Assembly (NCBI GenBank): GCA_046727895.1
Contig: JBKPDM010000208.1
Location: 1 to 38,401, forward strand
DNA: 38,401 bases
Source: Pseudomonadota bacterium
Lineage (GTDB): Bacteria; Pseudomonadota; Alphaproteobacteria; Geminicoccales; Geminicoccaceae
Direction: 5' to 3'
The first letter of the stretch is position 1. Each line of letters starts with the position of its first letter. Made by a program: the position numbers and the translations under genes. The notes below the pieces were generated by a model. It saw only the letters and a list, made by a program, of their open reading frames with translations, ran no database searches and was not told where the DNA came from. This document shows positions 17,705 through 26,975 of the stretch, one piece after another.

Positions 17705-19747
17705 ATGGCCACCAAAGATCCCCTTCTTCAGCCGTTCCAGCTCAAGCACCTGATCCTGCGCAATCGGATCATGTCGACGGCGCACGAGCCGGCCTATTCC
17801 GAGGACGGCATGCCCAAAGACCGCTACCGGCTGTACCACGTCGAGAAGGCCAAGGGCGGGATCGCGCTGACCATGACCGCGGGCTCGGCGATCGTCGCCG
17901 AGGACTCCCCGGCGGCGTTCGGCAACCTCTACGCTTACAAAGACGAGATCGTTCCCTGGCTGAGGCGGCTCGCCGACGAGTGTCACGGGCACGGCGCGGC
18001 GGTCATGATTCAGATCACCCACCTCGGTCGGCGGACCAACTGGAACCACAGCGACTGGCTGCCGGTGCTGGCACCATCGCCGATTCGCGAGCCCGCGCAT
18101 CGCGCCTTTCCCAAGGCGGCCGAGGACTGGGACCTCGCGCGGATCGTCAAGGCCTACGCCGCGGCTGCGGCGCGCATGCAGGCGGCCGGCCTGGACGGCA
18201 TCGAGATCGAGGCCTACGGCCACCTGCTCGACGGCTTCTGGTCGCCCGCCACCAACCGGCGCGCCGATCAGTATGGCGGCAACCTCGACAACCGGCTCCG
18301 CTTCACCTTCGAGGTGCTCGACGCGATCCGCGCCGCGGTCGGCCAGGAGTTCATCCTCGGCATCCGCATGGTCGTCGACGAGGCCTGGGACAAGGGCCTC
18401 TCGCGCGACGAGGGACTCGAGATCGGGCGCCGCCTGGTGGCGCGAGGCCAGATCGATTTCCTGAACGTCATCCGCGGCCACATCGACACCGACGCGGCGC
18501 TGTCCAGGGTGATCCCGATCCACGGCACGCCCGCCGCGCCCCATCTCGACTTTGCCGGCGAGGTGCGCGCCCTGCTCGGCGTCCCGGTGTTCCACGCGGC
18601 GCGCATCAACGACGTCGCCACGGCGCGCCACGCGATCGCCTCGGGCAAGCTCGACATGGTCGGCATGACCCGCGCGCACATCGCCGATCCGCACATCGCG
18701 CGGAAGGTCGCGGCCGGCCTCGAGCATGAGATCCGGCCTTGCGTCGGTGCCACCTATTGTCTCGACCGGATCTACGAGGGCCGCGAGGCGCTCTGCATCC
18801 ACAACCCGGCGACAGGCCGCGAGGCGACCATGCCGCATGAGGTCGCCCGGAGCGAGCGGCCCGGCCGCAAGGTGGTGGTGGTCGGCGCCGGTCCCGCGGG
18901 CCTTGAGGCGGCGCGGGTCTCGGCCGAACGCGGCCACGAGGTGGTGCTGTTTGAGGCGGCCGATCGGCCGGGCGGCCAGATCCGCCTGGCCGCGCGCAGC
19001 CGCCGGCGCGCCGAGCTCATCGGCATCGTCGAGTGGCGCGCCGCCCGGTGTGCCAAGCTCGGCGTCGATCTGCGCTGCAACCTCCTGGCGGAGGCCGACG
19101 ACGTGCTGGGCGAGACGCCCGACGTGGTGATCGTCGCGACCGGCGGCCTGCCCGACACCGCACTGCTTGAACAGGGCGAGGAGCTCGCTGTCTCCAGCTG
19201 GGACGTCCTGAGCGGCGATGCGAAGCCCGGTCACGAAGTGCTGCTCTACGACGACAACGGCGCGCATCCCGGGCTGCAGGCGGCGGAATATCTCGCTGAG
19301 GCCGGCGCGAAGCTGGAGATCGTCTCGCCCGAGCGGTTCTTCGCGCCCGAGATCGGCGGGCTCAACCATGTCGCCTACGCCCGCTGCTTTCAGGAGCATG
19401 GCGTCAGGCTCACGATCAACACCCGCCTTCTAAGCGTGCGCCGCGCGGGCAACCGGCTGGTCGCTCTGCTCGGCAGCGACTACAGCGAGCGCACCGAGGA
19501 GCGCCTGGTCGACCAGGTCGTGGTCGAGCACGGCACCCTGCCGCTCGACGAGCTGTATTTCGCGCTCAAGGAAGCGTCCTCGAATCGCGGCGAGGTCGAC
19601 TACCAGGCGCTGATTGCCGGGCGACCGCAGCAGGTGGTCAACAACCCGGACGGCCGCTTCCAGCTGTTCCGGGTGGGCGATGCGGTGTCGAGCCGCAATA
19701 TCCACGCCGCGATCTACGACGCGCTCCGGCTGTGTAAGGACCTCTGA
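17705..19747 (+). CDS. Two-domain NADH:flavin oxidoreductase: OYE-like TIM barrel plus FAD/NAD(P)-binding domain; 2,4-dienoyl-CoA reductase / N-methylproline demethylase-like
   Basis: 680 aa. The N-terminus PFQLKHLILRNRIMSTAHEP is typical of the OYE family. The central Cys motif is RPCVGATYC. VVVVGAGPAGLEAA provides the GxGxxG motif. Confidence 0.83.
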   Translation: MATKDPLLQPFQLKHLILRNRIMSTAHEPAYSEDGMPKDRYRLYHVEKAKGGIALTMTAGSAIVAEDSPAAFGNLYAYKDEIVPWLRRLADECHGHGAAVMIQITHLGRRTNWNHSDWLPVLAPSPIREPAHRAFPKAAEDWDLARIVKAYAAAAARMQAAGLDGIEIEAYGHLLDGFWSPATNRRADQYGGNLDNRLRFTFEVLDAIRAAVGQEFILGIRMVVDEAWDKGLSRDEGLEIGRRLVARGQIDFLNVIRGHIDTDAALSRVIPIHGTPAAPHLDFAGEVRALLGVPVFHAARINDVATARHAIASGKLDMVGMTRAHIADPHIARKVAAGLEHEIRPCVGATYCLDRIYEGREALCIHNPATGREATMPHEVARSERPGRKVVVVGAGPAGLEAARVSAERGHEVVLFEAADRPGGQIRLAARSRRRAELIGIVEWRAARCAKLGVDLRCNLLAEADDVLGETPDVVIVATGGLPDTALLEQGEELAVSSWDVLSGDAKPGHEVLLYDDNGAHPGLQAAEYLAEAGAKLEIVSPERFFAPEIGGLNHVAYARCFQEHGVRLTINTRLLSVRRAGNRLVALLGSDYSERTEERLVDQVVVEHGTLPLDELYFALKEASSNRGEVDYQALIAGRPQQVVNNPDGRFQLFRVGDAVSSRNIHAAIYDALRLCKDL

Positions 19748-19849
19748 GCGGGATCGCGAGCAAGGCGCCAAACCTCGGCTTCAGGCTCGCTTAAGGTCTC
19801 TTGGCTAATGCAGGAGGGGGCCCTTTTGACCGAGCCCGGAACGGGCACC

Positions 19850-21976
19850 ATGCGTCGCGTTTGCCTTTTGTTGTTAGTTGCCGTCTTGGTCGGCCTCGCC
19901 AGCGATGGCAAGGGTGTGGCGCAGCTCGCGCCGACCTTGCGTCCCTTGCTCGCGGGAGCAGTCCAGCTGGCTGCACCGCGGCTGCCCGGGACCGAGGCCA
20001 GGCTTGCGGACCTCCCGGTTCTCACAAGCCAGGGTCGCGCGGCAGCGGGCTCATTGATCACGATCGGGCTCGGACTGATCTTCTGCCGTCTGTCGTGGTG
20101 GGCCGGCCTCTCGCTTTTGTGCGCTGTGATGCTGGCCTGGAGCGCCGCTGCCCTGAGCGCATCGATCGGCCCGGTCATTCCGCCGGGCCCGCTGCTCCTG
20201 GCCGGCCCTGTCGCGTATCTTTTCGGACTGCTCGGCCGCTCGGCGATGCCCGGTCAGGCCAGTCACGGTATGGGCCATGCAGCAGGCCAAGACGACCTCT
20301 TGATGCCGAGGCTGGCCGCGAGCAGCTGCGCTGCGATTATCACCTTCGATGGCGAGGGCGTCATCCGCTCCGCCAACCGGGCCGCCGAGGAGATGTTCGG
20401 CTATTCCGTGCTCGAGCTCGGGGGCATGCCGTTCAGGAAGCTGCTCGCTGGTCCGGAGCGCGACCTCCTCCGGCTCCCGGCGCGTTCCAAGGGCACCAGC
20501 TGCGGGCTGAGCGCCCGGCGCAAGAATGGCCAACGCTTCGATCTCGGCGCCGCGCTCAGCACCATGGAACTCAACGATGACCGGGTGCGCGTCGCCATTC
20601 TACAGGACATCACCGGGCTGATCGCGACCCGGCAGGCGCTGCCCCTGCGTGACGAGATGACCGGCCTGCCAGAGCGTGTCCTGTATGCCGACCGTATCGA
20701 CCAGGCGATTCTCGCCGCCGAGCGTGCCGGCCAGCCTCTGGCCGTCCTTCTCATCCACCTGAAGCTGTTCAACATGATCCGGGAGACTTTGGGGGGCGGT
20801 TTTGCCGATCAGCTCCTGCGGCAGTTGGTCGCCCGACTCGCGGAGTGCCTGCGCCGCTCCGACACGCTCGCCCGCCTCGGCAGCGCCGAGCTCGCCCTGC
20901 TGCTGCCGGGCCCGACCGACGCCGATCTGGCGAGCCAGAAGGCAGCATGGATCGCCCAGGAGCTCAATCGCCCGTTTGAGATCGAAGAGTTGCAGGTCGG
21001 GCTCGAGGTCCATATCGGGGTTGCCACCTACCCCCTCGATGGTCGTACCACGCACGACCTCCTGCAGCGGGCCGAGGTCGCCATGCTGGCGGCGCGCCAG
21101 ACGCAGCGGGCGGTGGCGATCTGTCCTGAGACGGAAGCGCCCGAGCCTTCGGAGGAGCCTCTTCTGCTCGATGAGCTGCGCGAAGCGATCGAAGACAATC
21201 AGCTGTTCCTCGAGTTCCTGCCCAAGCTCGACTTGCGGACCGGACGGCCCGCTGGCGTCGAAGCGCTGGCGCGTTGGCAGCATCCTGCACGGGGCGCGGT
21301 GCCGGCGGACCGTTTCGTCCATCTCGCCGAGCAGCAAGGTCTGATCCTGCCGATGACCTTGCGGGTGATCTGCCTCGCGATTGCTCAGCAGCAGGCGTGG
21401 CGAGACCAGGGCATCGAGCTCTCGGTTGCGATCAATCTGCCGGTTGACCCACTGAGAAACCCACAATTTCCTGCCATTCTCAAGCAAGTGCTGAAAACCT
21501 CCAATGGCCGGGCCGATCAGCTCCTGTTCGAGATCACCGAAAACTCTATCGCCACCGACCCGAGCGGCATATCACAGACGCTCAAGGCCATGAAGGCTAT
21601 CGGATTTCAACTTTCTCTCGACGATTTCGGAACCGGTTCATTATCATTGTCTTCCTTACAGAAGTTACCGATCGCCGAGCTCAAGATCGATCGGTCCTTC
21701 GTGGCGGCGATGGCCAGCGATGCCGATGCTGCGGTGGTCGTTCGTTCGGCGCTCTCGCTGGGCGACAGCCTGGGATTGCGGGTCGTGGCCGAAGGCGTGG
21801 AGGACCAGCAAACTCTGGATGCGCTGAGCGAGTTGTCCTGCGCGCAGGTCCAGGGCTACTTCGTCGGGCCGCCGATGACCGCGGATAAGTTCGAGCAGTG
21901 GCTGAGCACCCTGTCGCAGGCAGTCAGCGCGCCGGGCGCCGACCGCACGGATCAGGCCGCGCTGTCTCCTGCATGA
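19850..21976 (+). CDS. Membrane-anchored PAS / degenerate-GGDEF / EAL signalling protein (likely c-di-GMP phosphodiesterase)
   Basis: N-terminal hydrophobic segments come first, then a PAS-like segment (ITFDGEGVIRSANRAAEEMFGY). The GGDEF position reads GSAEL. The EAL domain carries EALARW, FEITE, DDFGTG, KIDRSF, EGVED and QGY. Confidence 0.85.
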   Translation: MRRVCLLLLVAVLVGLASDGKGVAQLAPTLRPLLAGAVQLAAPRLPGTEARLADLPVLTSQGRAAAGSLITIGLGLIFCRLSWWAGLSLLCAVMLAWSAAALSASIGPVIPPGPLLLAGPVAYLFGLLGRSAMPGQASHGMGHAAGQDDLLMPRLAASSCAAIITFDGEGVIRSANRAAEEMFGYSVLELGGMPFRKLLAGPERDLLRLPARSKGTSCGLSARRKNGQRFDLGAALSTMELNDDRVRVAILQDITGLIATRQALPLRDEMTGLPERVLYADRIDQAILAAERAGQPLAVLLIHLKLFNMIRETLGGGFADQLLRQLVARLAECLRRSDTLARLGSAELALLLPGPTDADLASQKAAWIAQELNRPFEIEELQVGLEVHIGVATYPLDGRTTHDLLQRAEVAMLAARQTQRAVAICPETEAPEPSEEPLLLDELREAIEDNQLFLEFLPKLDLRTGRPAGVEALARWQHPARGAVPADRFVHLAEQQGLILPMTLRVICLAIAQQQAWRDQGIELSVAINLPVDPLRNPQFPAILKQVLKTSNGRADQLLFEITENSIATDPSGISQTLKAMKAIGFQLSLDDFGTGSLSLSSLQKLPIAELKIDRSFVAAMASDADAAVVVRSALSLGDSLGLRVVAEGVEDQQTLDALSELSCAQVQGYFVGPPMTADKFEQWLSTLSQAVSAPGADRTDQAALSPA

Positions 21977-22103
21977 TCCGTTGGTCGCCGGCGCTGCTGG
22001 CGATCGAGACAGAGCACCCGGCCAGCTGCGGATTGTACTGATGATGGGCTGCGCGCGGCCCCTTTCGTGATAACCTCGCCGTCATCTGCGGGGCACAACG
22101 AAC

Positions 22104-23036
22104 ATGGCCTGCGGCCGCATCACGGTGTTCGGAGGTTCGGGATTCCTCGGCCGCCAGATCGTCCGGCGCCTGGCCGAGGGCGGCGCCGAAGTGCGCATCG
22201 CGGTGCGCCACCCCGAAGGCGCGTCGCTCCTGACCGAGACCGGCACGGCCGGGCAGATCAGCGCGCTCCGCGCCGACGTTTGGGACGCGGCGTCGGTCGC
22301 CCCTGCGGTCGCTGGCGCCGATGCCGTGGTCAACACGGTCGGCCACTACGTCGAGCGCGGCCGAGCGAGTTTCGAGGCGATCCACGGCCAAGGCGCGCGG
22401 CACGTCGCGCAGGCCGCGGCCGCGGCGGGTATCCGCCGCCTCGTCCATATCTCGGGCATCGGCGCCGATCCGGCGTCCGAATCGCCCTATGTTCGGGCGC
22501 GCGCGGTCGGCGAACGCCTTGTCCGGGAGGCCTTTCCCGACGTCACCATCCTTCGCCCGAGCGTCATGTTCGGGCCGGAGGATGCCTTCTTCAACACGCT
22601 CGCGGAGCTGGCACGCGTCCTCCCCGTGCTGCCGCTGTTCGGCAGCGGCGCCGTCCGCTTGCAGCCGGTCTATGTCGGCGACGTCGCTGAAGCCGTGGCC
22701 CGGGTGCTGGCCACGCCCACGGCGGCAGGTAAGCTCTACGAGCTCGGCGGGCCGAAGATCTACACGTACAGGCAGCTCTTGCAGCTGATGCTCGAGCAGA
22801 GCGGCCGCAGGCGCTGGCTGATGCCTCTGCCCTACTTGGTCTGGGAGCTGCTCGCAGGCCTGCTGGCGCTGCTCCCGAATCCTCCGGTATCCAGGGATCA
22901 GATCACCCTGATGAAACGCGACAATGTGGTCGGTGAGCGCGCGGCGACCTTCGCCGACCTCGGCATCGAGCCGACGGCGGCCGAAGTCGTCTTGCCCACC
23001 TATCTTGGCCGACGGCCGGGCAACTCGCCCGGTTGA
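22104..23036 (+). CDS. NAD(P)-binding SDR, complex I NDUFA9-subunit-like family
   Basis: N-terminal Rossmann motif ITVFGGSGFLGRQIV. About 310 aa of the atypical-SDR type common in alphaproteobacteria. Confidence 0.78.
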   Translation: MACGRITVFGGSGFLGRQIVRRLAEGGAEVRIAVRHPEGASLLTETGTAGQISALRADVWDAASVAPAVAGADAVVNTVGHYVERGRASFEAIHGQGARHVAQAAAAAGIRRLVHISGIGADPASESPYVRARAVGERLVREAFPDVTILRPSVMFGPEDAFFNTLAELARVLPVLPLFGSGAVRLQPVYVGDVAEAVARVLATPTAAGKLYELGGPKIYTYRQLLQLMLEQSGRRRWLMPLPYLVWELLAGLLALLPNPPVSRDQITLMKRDNVVGERAATFADLGIEPTAAEVVLPTYLGRRPGNSPG

Positions 23037-23063
23037 TGGAGACTACCAGAGGAAGCAGAAGAC

Positions 23064-23138
23064 TGGAGCGGGCGAAGGGATTCGAACCCTCGACTTCAAC
23101 CTTGGCAAGGTTGCGCTCTACCCCTGAGCTACGCCCGC
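23064..23138 (-). tRNA. tRNA-Gly (anticodon GCC), 75 nt including encoded CCA
   Basis: Folded by hand. The acceptor stem is GCGGGCG/CGCCCGC, the D arm GCTC-AGGGGTA-GAGC, the anticodon arm CAACC-TTGCCAA-GGTTG, and the T arm GAGGG-TTCGAAT-CCCTT. The discriminator is U, followed by CCA. Confidence 0.92.
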
Positions 23139-23334
23139 CCGCACCGGATGACGCTGATCGATTTTGACCCGCGCTACATAGGGGAACTGGCCGCCGATGG
23201 CAAGAGCCGAGCCGCCTTGCGCCGGCTGCGGCCAAGCGCGTCGACGCCAGGGCTCCCCTTGATCGGAGCAGTGCCTTTCGCCATGTTAGTGCGAGCGCCA
23301 TGACCAACAGATTACGCAGGGCGAAGGGGACCGC

Positions 23335-24255
23335 ATGGCCTTATTGTCGGGACTGAGAGGAAGCAGCGCCCCGCCGCGCGCCGACGGCGAGGTGGTCAAG
23401 GACAGCGACACCCGGGGCTTCATGCAGGACGTCATCCAGGCGTCGCAGAGCCAGCCGGTCGTGGTCGATTTCTGGGCGCCCTGGTGCGGTCCCTGCAAGC
23501 AGCTCGGGCCGATCCTGGAGCGGGTGATCAGAAATGCCGGCGGCAAGGTGCGTCTGGTCAAGATCAACATCGACGAGAACCCCGAGCTCGCCCAGCAGCT
23601 GCGCATCCAGTCGATTCCGATGGTCTATGCGTTCAGCCACGGCCAGCCGGTCGATGGCTTCGCCGGGGCGTTGCCGGAGAGCCAGATCAAGACCTTCGTC
23701 GAGCGCCTCGCGGGGCCGCTCGGCCCGGCGCCCGAGGAGGTTGCGACTGAGCAGGCCAGGCAGATGGCCGAGACCGGGCAGCTCGATCGCGCCGCGCAGA
23801 TTTACGAGCGCATCCTCCAGGGCGAGCCGGCCAATCCGGATGCGCTCGCCGGGCTCGCCCGCTGTCACATCGCACGAGGCAAGCTTCGCCAGGCGCGCGA
23901 GCTGCTCGAGCGGGTGCCGAAGGAGCATGCCGGCCACGTCGAGATCGGCAGTGCGCGCGCCGCGCTCGCGCTCGCGGAGGAGGCGGGCACGCTGCCCGAT
24001 CCGAGCGCGCTCAGCGCAAGGCTCCTGGCCAACGAGGACGACCACGAGGCGCGCCTCGATCTGGCGACCGCCTTGTTCCTGCGGGGCCAGATTGACACCG
24101 CCATGGATCATCTCCTCGCGATCGTGCGCAAGAATCGCGAGTGGCAGGAGCAGGCGGCGCGCCGGCAGCTGATCAAGTTCTTCGAGGCGCTCGGCCCGAA
24201 GCACCCGGCGACCGTCGCCGGTCGGCGCAAGCTGTCGGCGGTGCTGTTTGCCTGA
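23335..24255 (+). CDS. Thioredoxin-domain plus TPR co-chaperone (YbbN/CnoX-like)
   Basis: FWAPWCGPCKQL is a thioredoxin motif, followed by a C-terminal TPR-like helical region. Confidence 0.85.
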   Translation: MALLSGLRGSSAPPRADGEVVKDSDTRGFMQDVIQASQSQPVVVDFWAPWCGPCKQLGPILERVIRNAGGKVRLVKINIDENPELAQQLRIQSIPMVYAFSHGQPVDGFAGALPESQIKTFVERLAGPLGPAPEEVATEQARQMAETGQLDRAAQIYERILQGEPANPDALAGLARCHIARGKLRQARELLERVPKEHAGHVEIGSARAALALAEEAGTLPDPSALSARLLANEDDHEARLDLATALFLRGQIDTAMDHLLAIVRKNREWQEQAARRQLIKFFEALGPKHPATVAGRRKLSAVLFA

Positions 24256-24291
24256 GAGCGGGCGGGAACGGATGAGCGCGAGCGAGGCACT

Positions 24292-24954
24292 ATGGCGACG
24301 CCCGGCGAGCCGGGTCTGAGCGGGGCGCTGCCCTCCCGCTTTCCAATCTTCCCCTTGCCGGGCGCAATTCTGCTGCCCGCCGGCAATCTGCCTCTGAACA
24401 TCTTCGAGCCCCGCTATCTGCAGATGACCCGCGACGCCATGCGCACCGATCGCGTGATCGGCATGGTCCAACCCAAGGGCGCCGGTACCAAGGCGTGCCC
24501 GGACATCTACCCGATCGGCTGCGCCGGGCGCATCACCAGCTTCACCGAGACCGACGATGGTCGCTATCTGATCACGCTCACCGGCGTCTGCCGCTACGAC
24601 GTGGTCAAGGAACTGCAGGTCGAGACGCCCTATCGGCAGGTGATCGCGAGTTTCGATCGCTGGCAGAGCGACGTCGAGCCGCCGTCGCCCTCGGACAGCC
24701 TCCGCCCGACCCTGGTCGGTGCTCTGCGCGGCTATTTCGACGTCTATGAGATCAGCGCCGACTGGAGCCAGATCGAGGCCGCGCCGCTTACCGGTCTGAT
24801 CACCTCGCTCGCCATGATCTGCCCGTTCGAGCCTTGCGAGAAACAGGCGCTCCTGGAAGCGGTCGACCCGGAGCAACGCGCCAAAGTCCTGATCGCGCTT
24901 CTGCAGATGGGCGCGCTCGGCGCGCGCGATCGGCCCTCCGGGCCCTGGCACTGA
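24292..24954 (+). CDS. LON N-terminal substrate-binding domain protein
   Basis: [29 protein letters not shown] is the classic Lon N-domain start. At 220 aa it lacks ATPase and protease domains. Confidence 0.85.
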   Translation: MATPGEPGLSGALPSRFPIFPLPGAILLPAGNLPLNIFEPRYLQMTRDAMRTDRVIGMVQPKGAGTKACPDIYPIGCAGRITSFTETDDGRYLITLTGVCRYDVVKELQVETPYRQVIASFDRWQSDVEPPSPSDSLRPTLVGALRGYFDVYEISADWSQIEAAPLTGLITSLAMICPFEPCEKQALLEAVDPEQRAKVLIALLQMGALGARDRPSGPWH

Positions 24955-24962
24955 AGGCCGCC

Positions 24963-25217
24963 ATGGCGGAGCGCACTTCCCCCCCCGGCACGATCGATCC
25001 CAAGCTGCTCGACCTCCTGGTCTGCCCGCTGACCAAGGGGCCCCTGCGCTACGACCGCGAGCGCCAGGAGCTGATCAGCGAGCAGGCGGGGCTCGCCTAC
25101 CCGATCCGCGACGGCATCCCGATCATGCTGGTCGACGAGGCCCGGCCGATCGACGAGGAAGACGCGATCCCGGACGCGGTCCGTGCCCGCGACGACCGGG
25201 GCGGGTCGGGGCGATGA
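24963..25217 (+). CDS. Trm112 family protein
   Basis: [16 protein letters not shown]...[15 protein letters not shown] is the Trm112/UPF0434 pattern. ATG 24963 was chosen within ORF 24834..25217. Confidence 0.8.
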   Translation: MAERTSPPGTIDPKLLDLLVCPLTKGPLRYDRERQELISEQAGLAYPIRDGIPIMLVDEARPIDEEDAIPDAVRARDDRGGSGR

Positions 25218-25597
25218 GCGCCCCGCCGCACAGCGGGGAAGCGCACCCATGGCCGACCGAGCTCCGGGTCAATCGGGCCGCGAAGCGGCTCACGGTGACC
25301 TTCGACAACGGCGAGCACTTCGAACTGCCGGCTGAGCTCCTGCGGGTCGAGAGCCCTTCGGCCGAGGTGCAGGGGCACGGGCCCAGCCAGAAGACGATCG
25401 TCGCCGGCCGGCGCCACGTCGGCATCATGGAGCTCGAGCCGGTCGGCAACTACGCCGTGCGCATCCTGTTCGACGACCTGCATTCGACCGGCATGTACTC
25501 CTGGCGTTACCTCTACTACCTGGGCAAGAACCGCGAGCGGCTCTGGTCCGACTACCTGAAGGCGCTCGACGAGCGCGGCCTCTCGCGCGATCCCTGA
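25214..25597 (+). CDS. DUF971 domain-containing protein
   Basis: [27 protein letters not shown] and [11 protein letters not shown]...GMYSW match the DUF971 pattern. An ATGA overlap joins it to the Trm112 gene. Confidence 0.8.
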   Translation: MSAPPHSGEAHPWPTELRVNRAAKRLTVTFDNGEHFELPAELLRVESPSAEVQGHGPSQKTIVAGRRHVGIMELEPVGNYAVRILFDDLHSTGMYSWRYLYYLGKNRERLWSDYLKALDERGLSRDP

Positions 25598-25778
25598 CCG
25601 AGCACCGGGTAGACCGCAGCCGGACACCGACAGCGCCCTCTCTGTTCGCCGCGTAGCCGAGGCGCCGCCACGGCGGTGCGCGTCATGAGCCCGATCAAGG
25701 CTGTGGCGGGCACCGCATTGCGGTAACGCACCCGCGCCCGGGCACCCACCGCAAGGGACGTCGCGTGACGAAGGCTGT

Positions 25779-26153
25779 TCAGTGCGTGAGCCGCAGCGGC
25801 TCGTCCAGCTGCCGGTTCTGGTTGCGGAAGTAGAGACGCACCTCGAGCCGGCCGCTCTCCCCGACGCCTTCCTTGCTCGCCGTCAGCACCAGCCGGTGCC
25901 GATCGTGCTTCTCGAAGCGAAACCTGCCGTCGGCCCCGGTCACGGTCTTGGCGATCGGCTCGAGGCTGACGAGGGTGCGCTCCGAGAGGACCACTTCGGC
26001 GCCCGCGACCGGCGCGCCGTCCGGACCCAGGACCACCCCGGTCAGGATGCCGTCGTCGTGAGCCAGGACGTAGAGGTTCCAGCCGACCACCAGGATCGCG
26101 ATCAGTCCGAAGGTGATCGTGACCCGGTTGAGCAGCCAGGGCCGCCAGGCCAT
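25779..26153 (-). CDS. Single-TM protein with a carboxypeptidase-regulatory-like (CarboxypepD_reg) domain
   Basis: MAWRPWLLNRVTITFGLIAILVVGW forms a TM anchor. GVVLGPDGAPVAGAEVVLSE...TGADGRFRFE is the typical beta-sandwich signature. The start lies 5 nt after the upstream permease stop. Confidence 0.6.
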   Translation of the reverse strand: MAWRPWLLNRVTITFGLIAILVVGWNLYVLAHDDGILTGVVLGPDGAPVAGAEVVLSERTLVSLEPIAKTVTGADGRFRFEKHDRHRLVLTASKEGVGESGRLEVRLYFRNQNRQLDEPLRLTH

Positions 26154-26158
26154 CGACC

Positions 26159-26971
26159 TCAGCCCTTGCGGGCGCCCGAGGTCAGGCCCTGAATGAACTG
26201 GTTCTGCGCCAGGAGGAAGACCAGCAGCCCTGGTACCAGCACCATGACGCAGAACGCGTAAAGCGCGCCGGTCGTGTCCTCGAAGTAGGAGAGGAAGGTC
26301 GAGAGCCCGAGCGGCATCGTCTGCATCTGCACGTCGCGAATGATGATCAGCGGCCAGAGGAAGTCGTTCCAGGACCAGATGAACGAGAGGATGAGGTTGG
26401 TCGCGATCGCGGGCTTGGCGAGCGGCAGCATGACCCGGAGCAGGATCTTCCACTCCGGCACGCCGTCGATCTTGGCCGCCTGGATCAGGGACGGCGGGAT
26501 GGCGTCGAAATTCGCTTTGAAGATGAAGATGCAGATGATGTGCGAGAAGGCCGGGAGCGCGAGGCCCAGATAGCTGTTGAGCAGCCCGAGGTCGGCGGTG
26601 ATCAGATAGGCCGGAATGATCGTCGCGTGAAACGGGATCATCATGCAGGAAAGGAAGACCAGGAGAATGGTTCGCTTGCCCCAGAAGTCCCTGGTCAGCG
26701 CGTAGCCGGCGGCGGCGTTGATGAACAGGTTGGCGACGATCACCAGCGTCGCCACGACCACGCTGTTCAGGAAGAAGCGGGCGAACGGGATGGCATACCA
26801 GGCATCGACATAGAAGAACGGCTGGATGCCCCGGGGCAGGATCGATGGCGGCCAGGCGAAGATGTTCTCGCCGGTCAGGCTGGTCTTCAGCACCCAGTAG
26901 AACGGCACGAGCATGATGAAGCAGACGAAGATCAGCCCGGCGTGGATCGGCCAGCGTGGGTAGCGGTGCAT
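26159..26971 (-). CDS. Carbohydrate ABC transporter permease (CUT1, MalG-like)
   Basis: Six-TM profile. The EAA-type loop reads AAKIDGVPEWKILLRVMLPLAKP. ATG 26971 lies 4 nt after the upstream stop. Confidence 0.9.
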   Translation of the reverse strand: MHRYPRWPIHAGLIFVCFIMLVPFYWVLKTSLTGENIFAWPPSILPRGIQPFFYVDAWYAIPFARFFLNSVVVATLVIVANLFINAAAGYALTRDFWGKRTILLVFLSCMMIPFHATIIPAYLITADLGLLNSYLGLALPAFSHIICIFIFKANFDAIPPSLIQAAKIDGVPEWKILLRVMLPLAKPAIATNLILSFIWSWNDFLWPLIIIRDVQMQTMPLGLSTFLSYFEDTTGALYAFCVMVLVPGLLVFLLAQNQFIQGLTSGARKG

Positions 26972-26975
26972 GACG

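Noticed and set aside
23064-23328. tRNA-Gly as a genomic-island integration site. A 10-nt match to the tRNA 3' region (GGGCGAAGGG) occurs at 23319..23328.
   Set aside because: There is no integrase or other mobile gene on either side. The flanking genes are core-like (NDUFA9-like SDR, YbbN). A 10-nt GC-rich match is too short to call an att repeat.
25598-25778. Possible sRNA or terminator in the 180-bp convergent gap. It contains the near-palindrome ACCGCA-T-TGCGGT and GC-rich imperfect stems.
   Set aside because: The stems have loops too short for hairpins, there is no U-tract, and I saw no promoter-like element. Nothing distinguishes it from ordinary GC-rich spacer without expression or conservation data.
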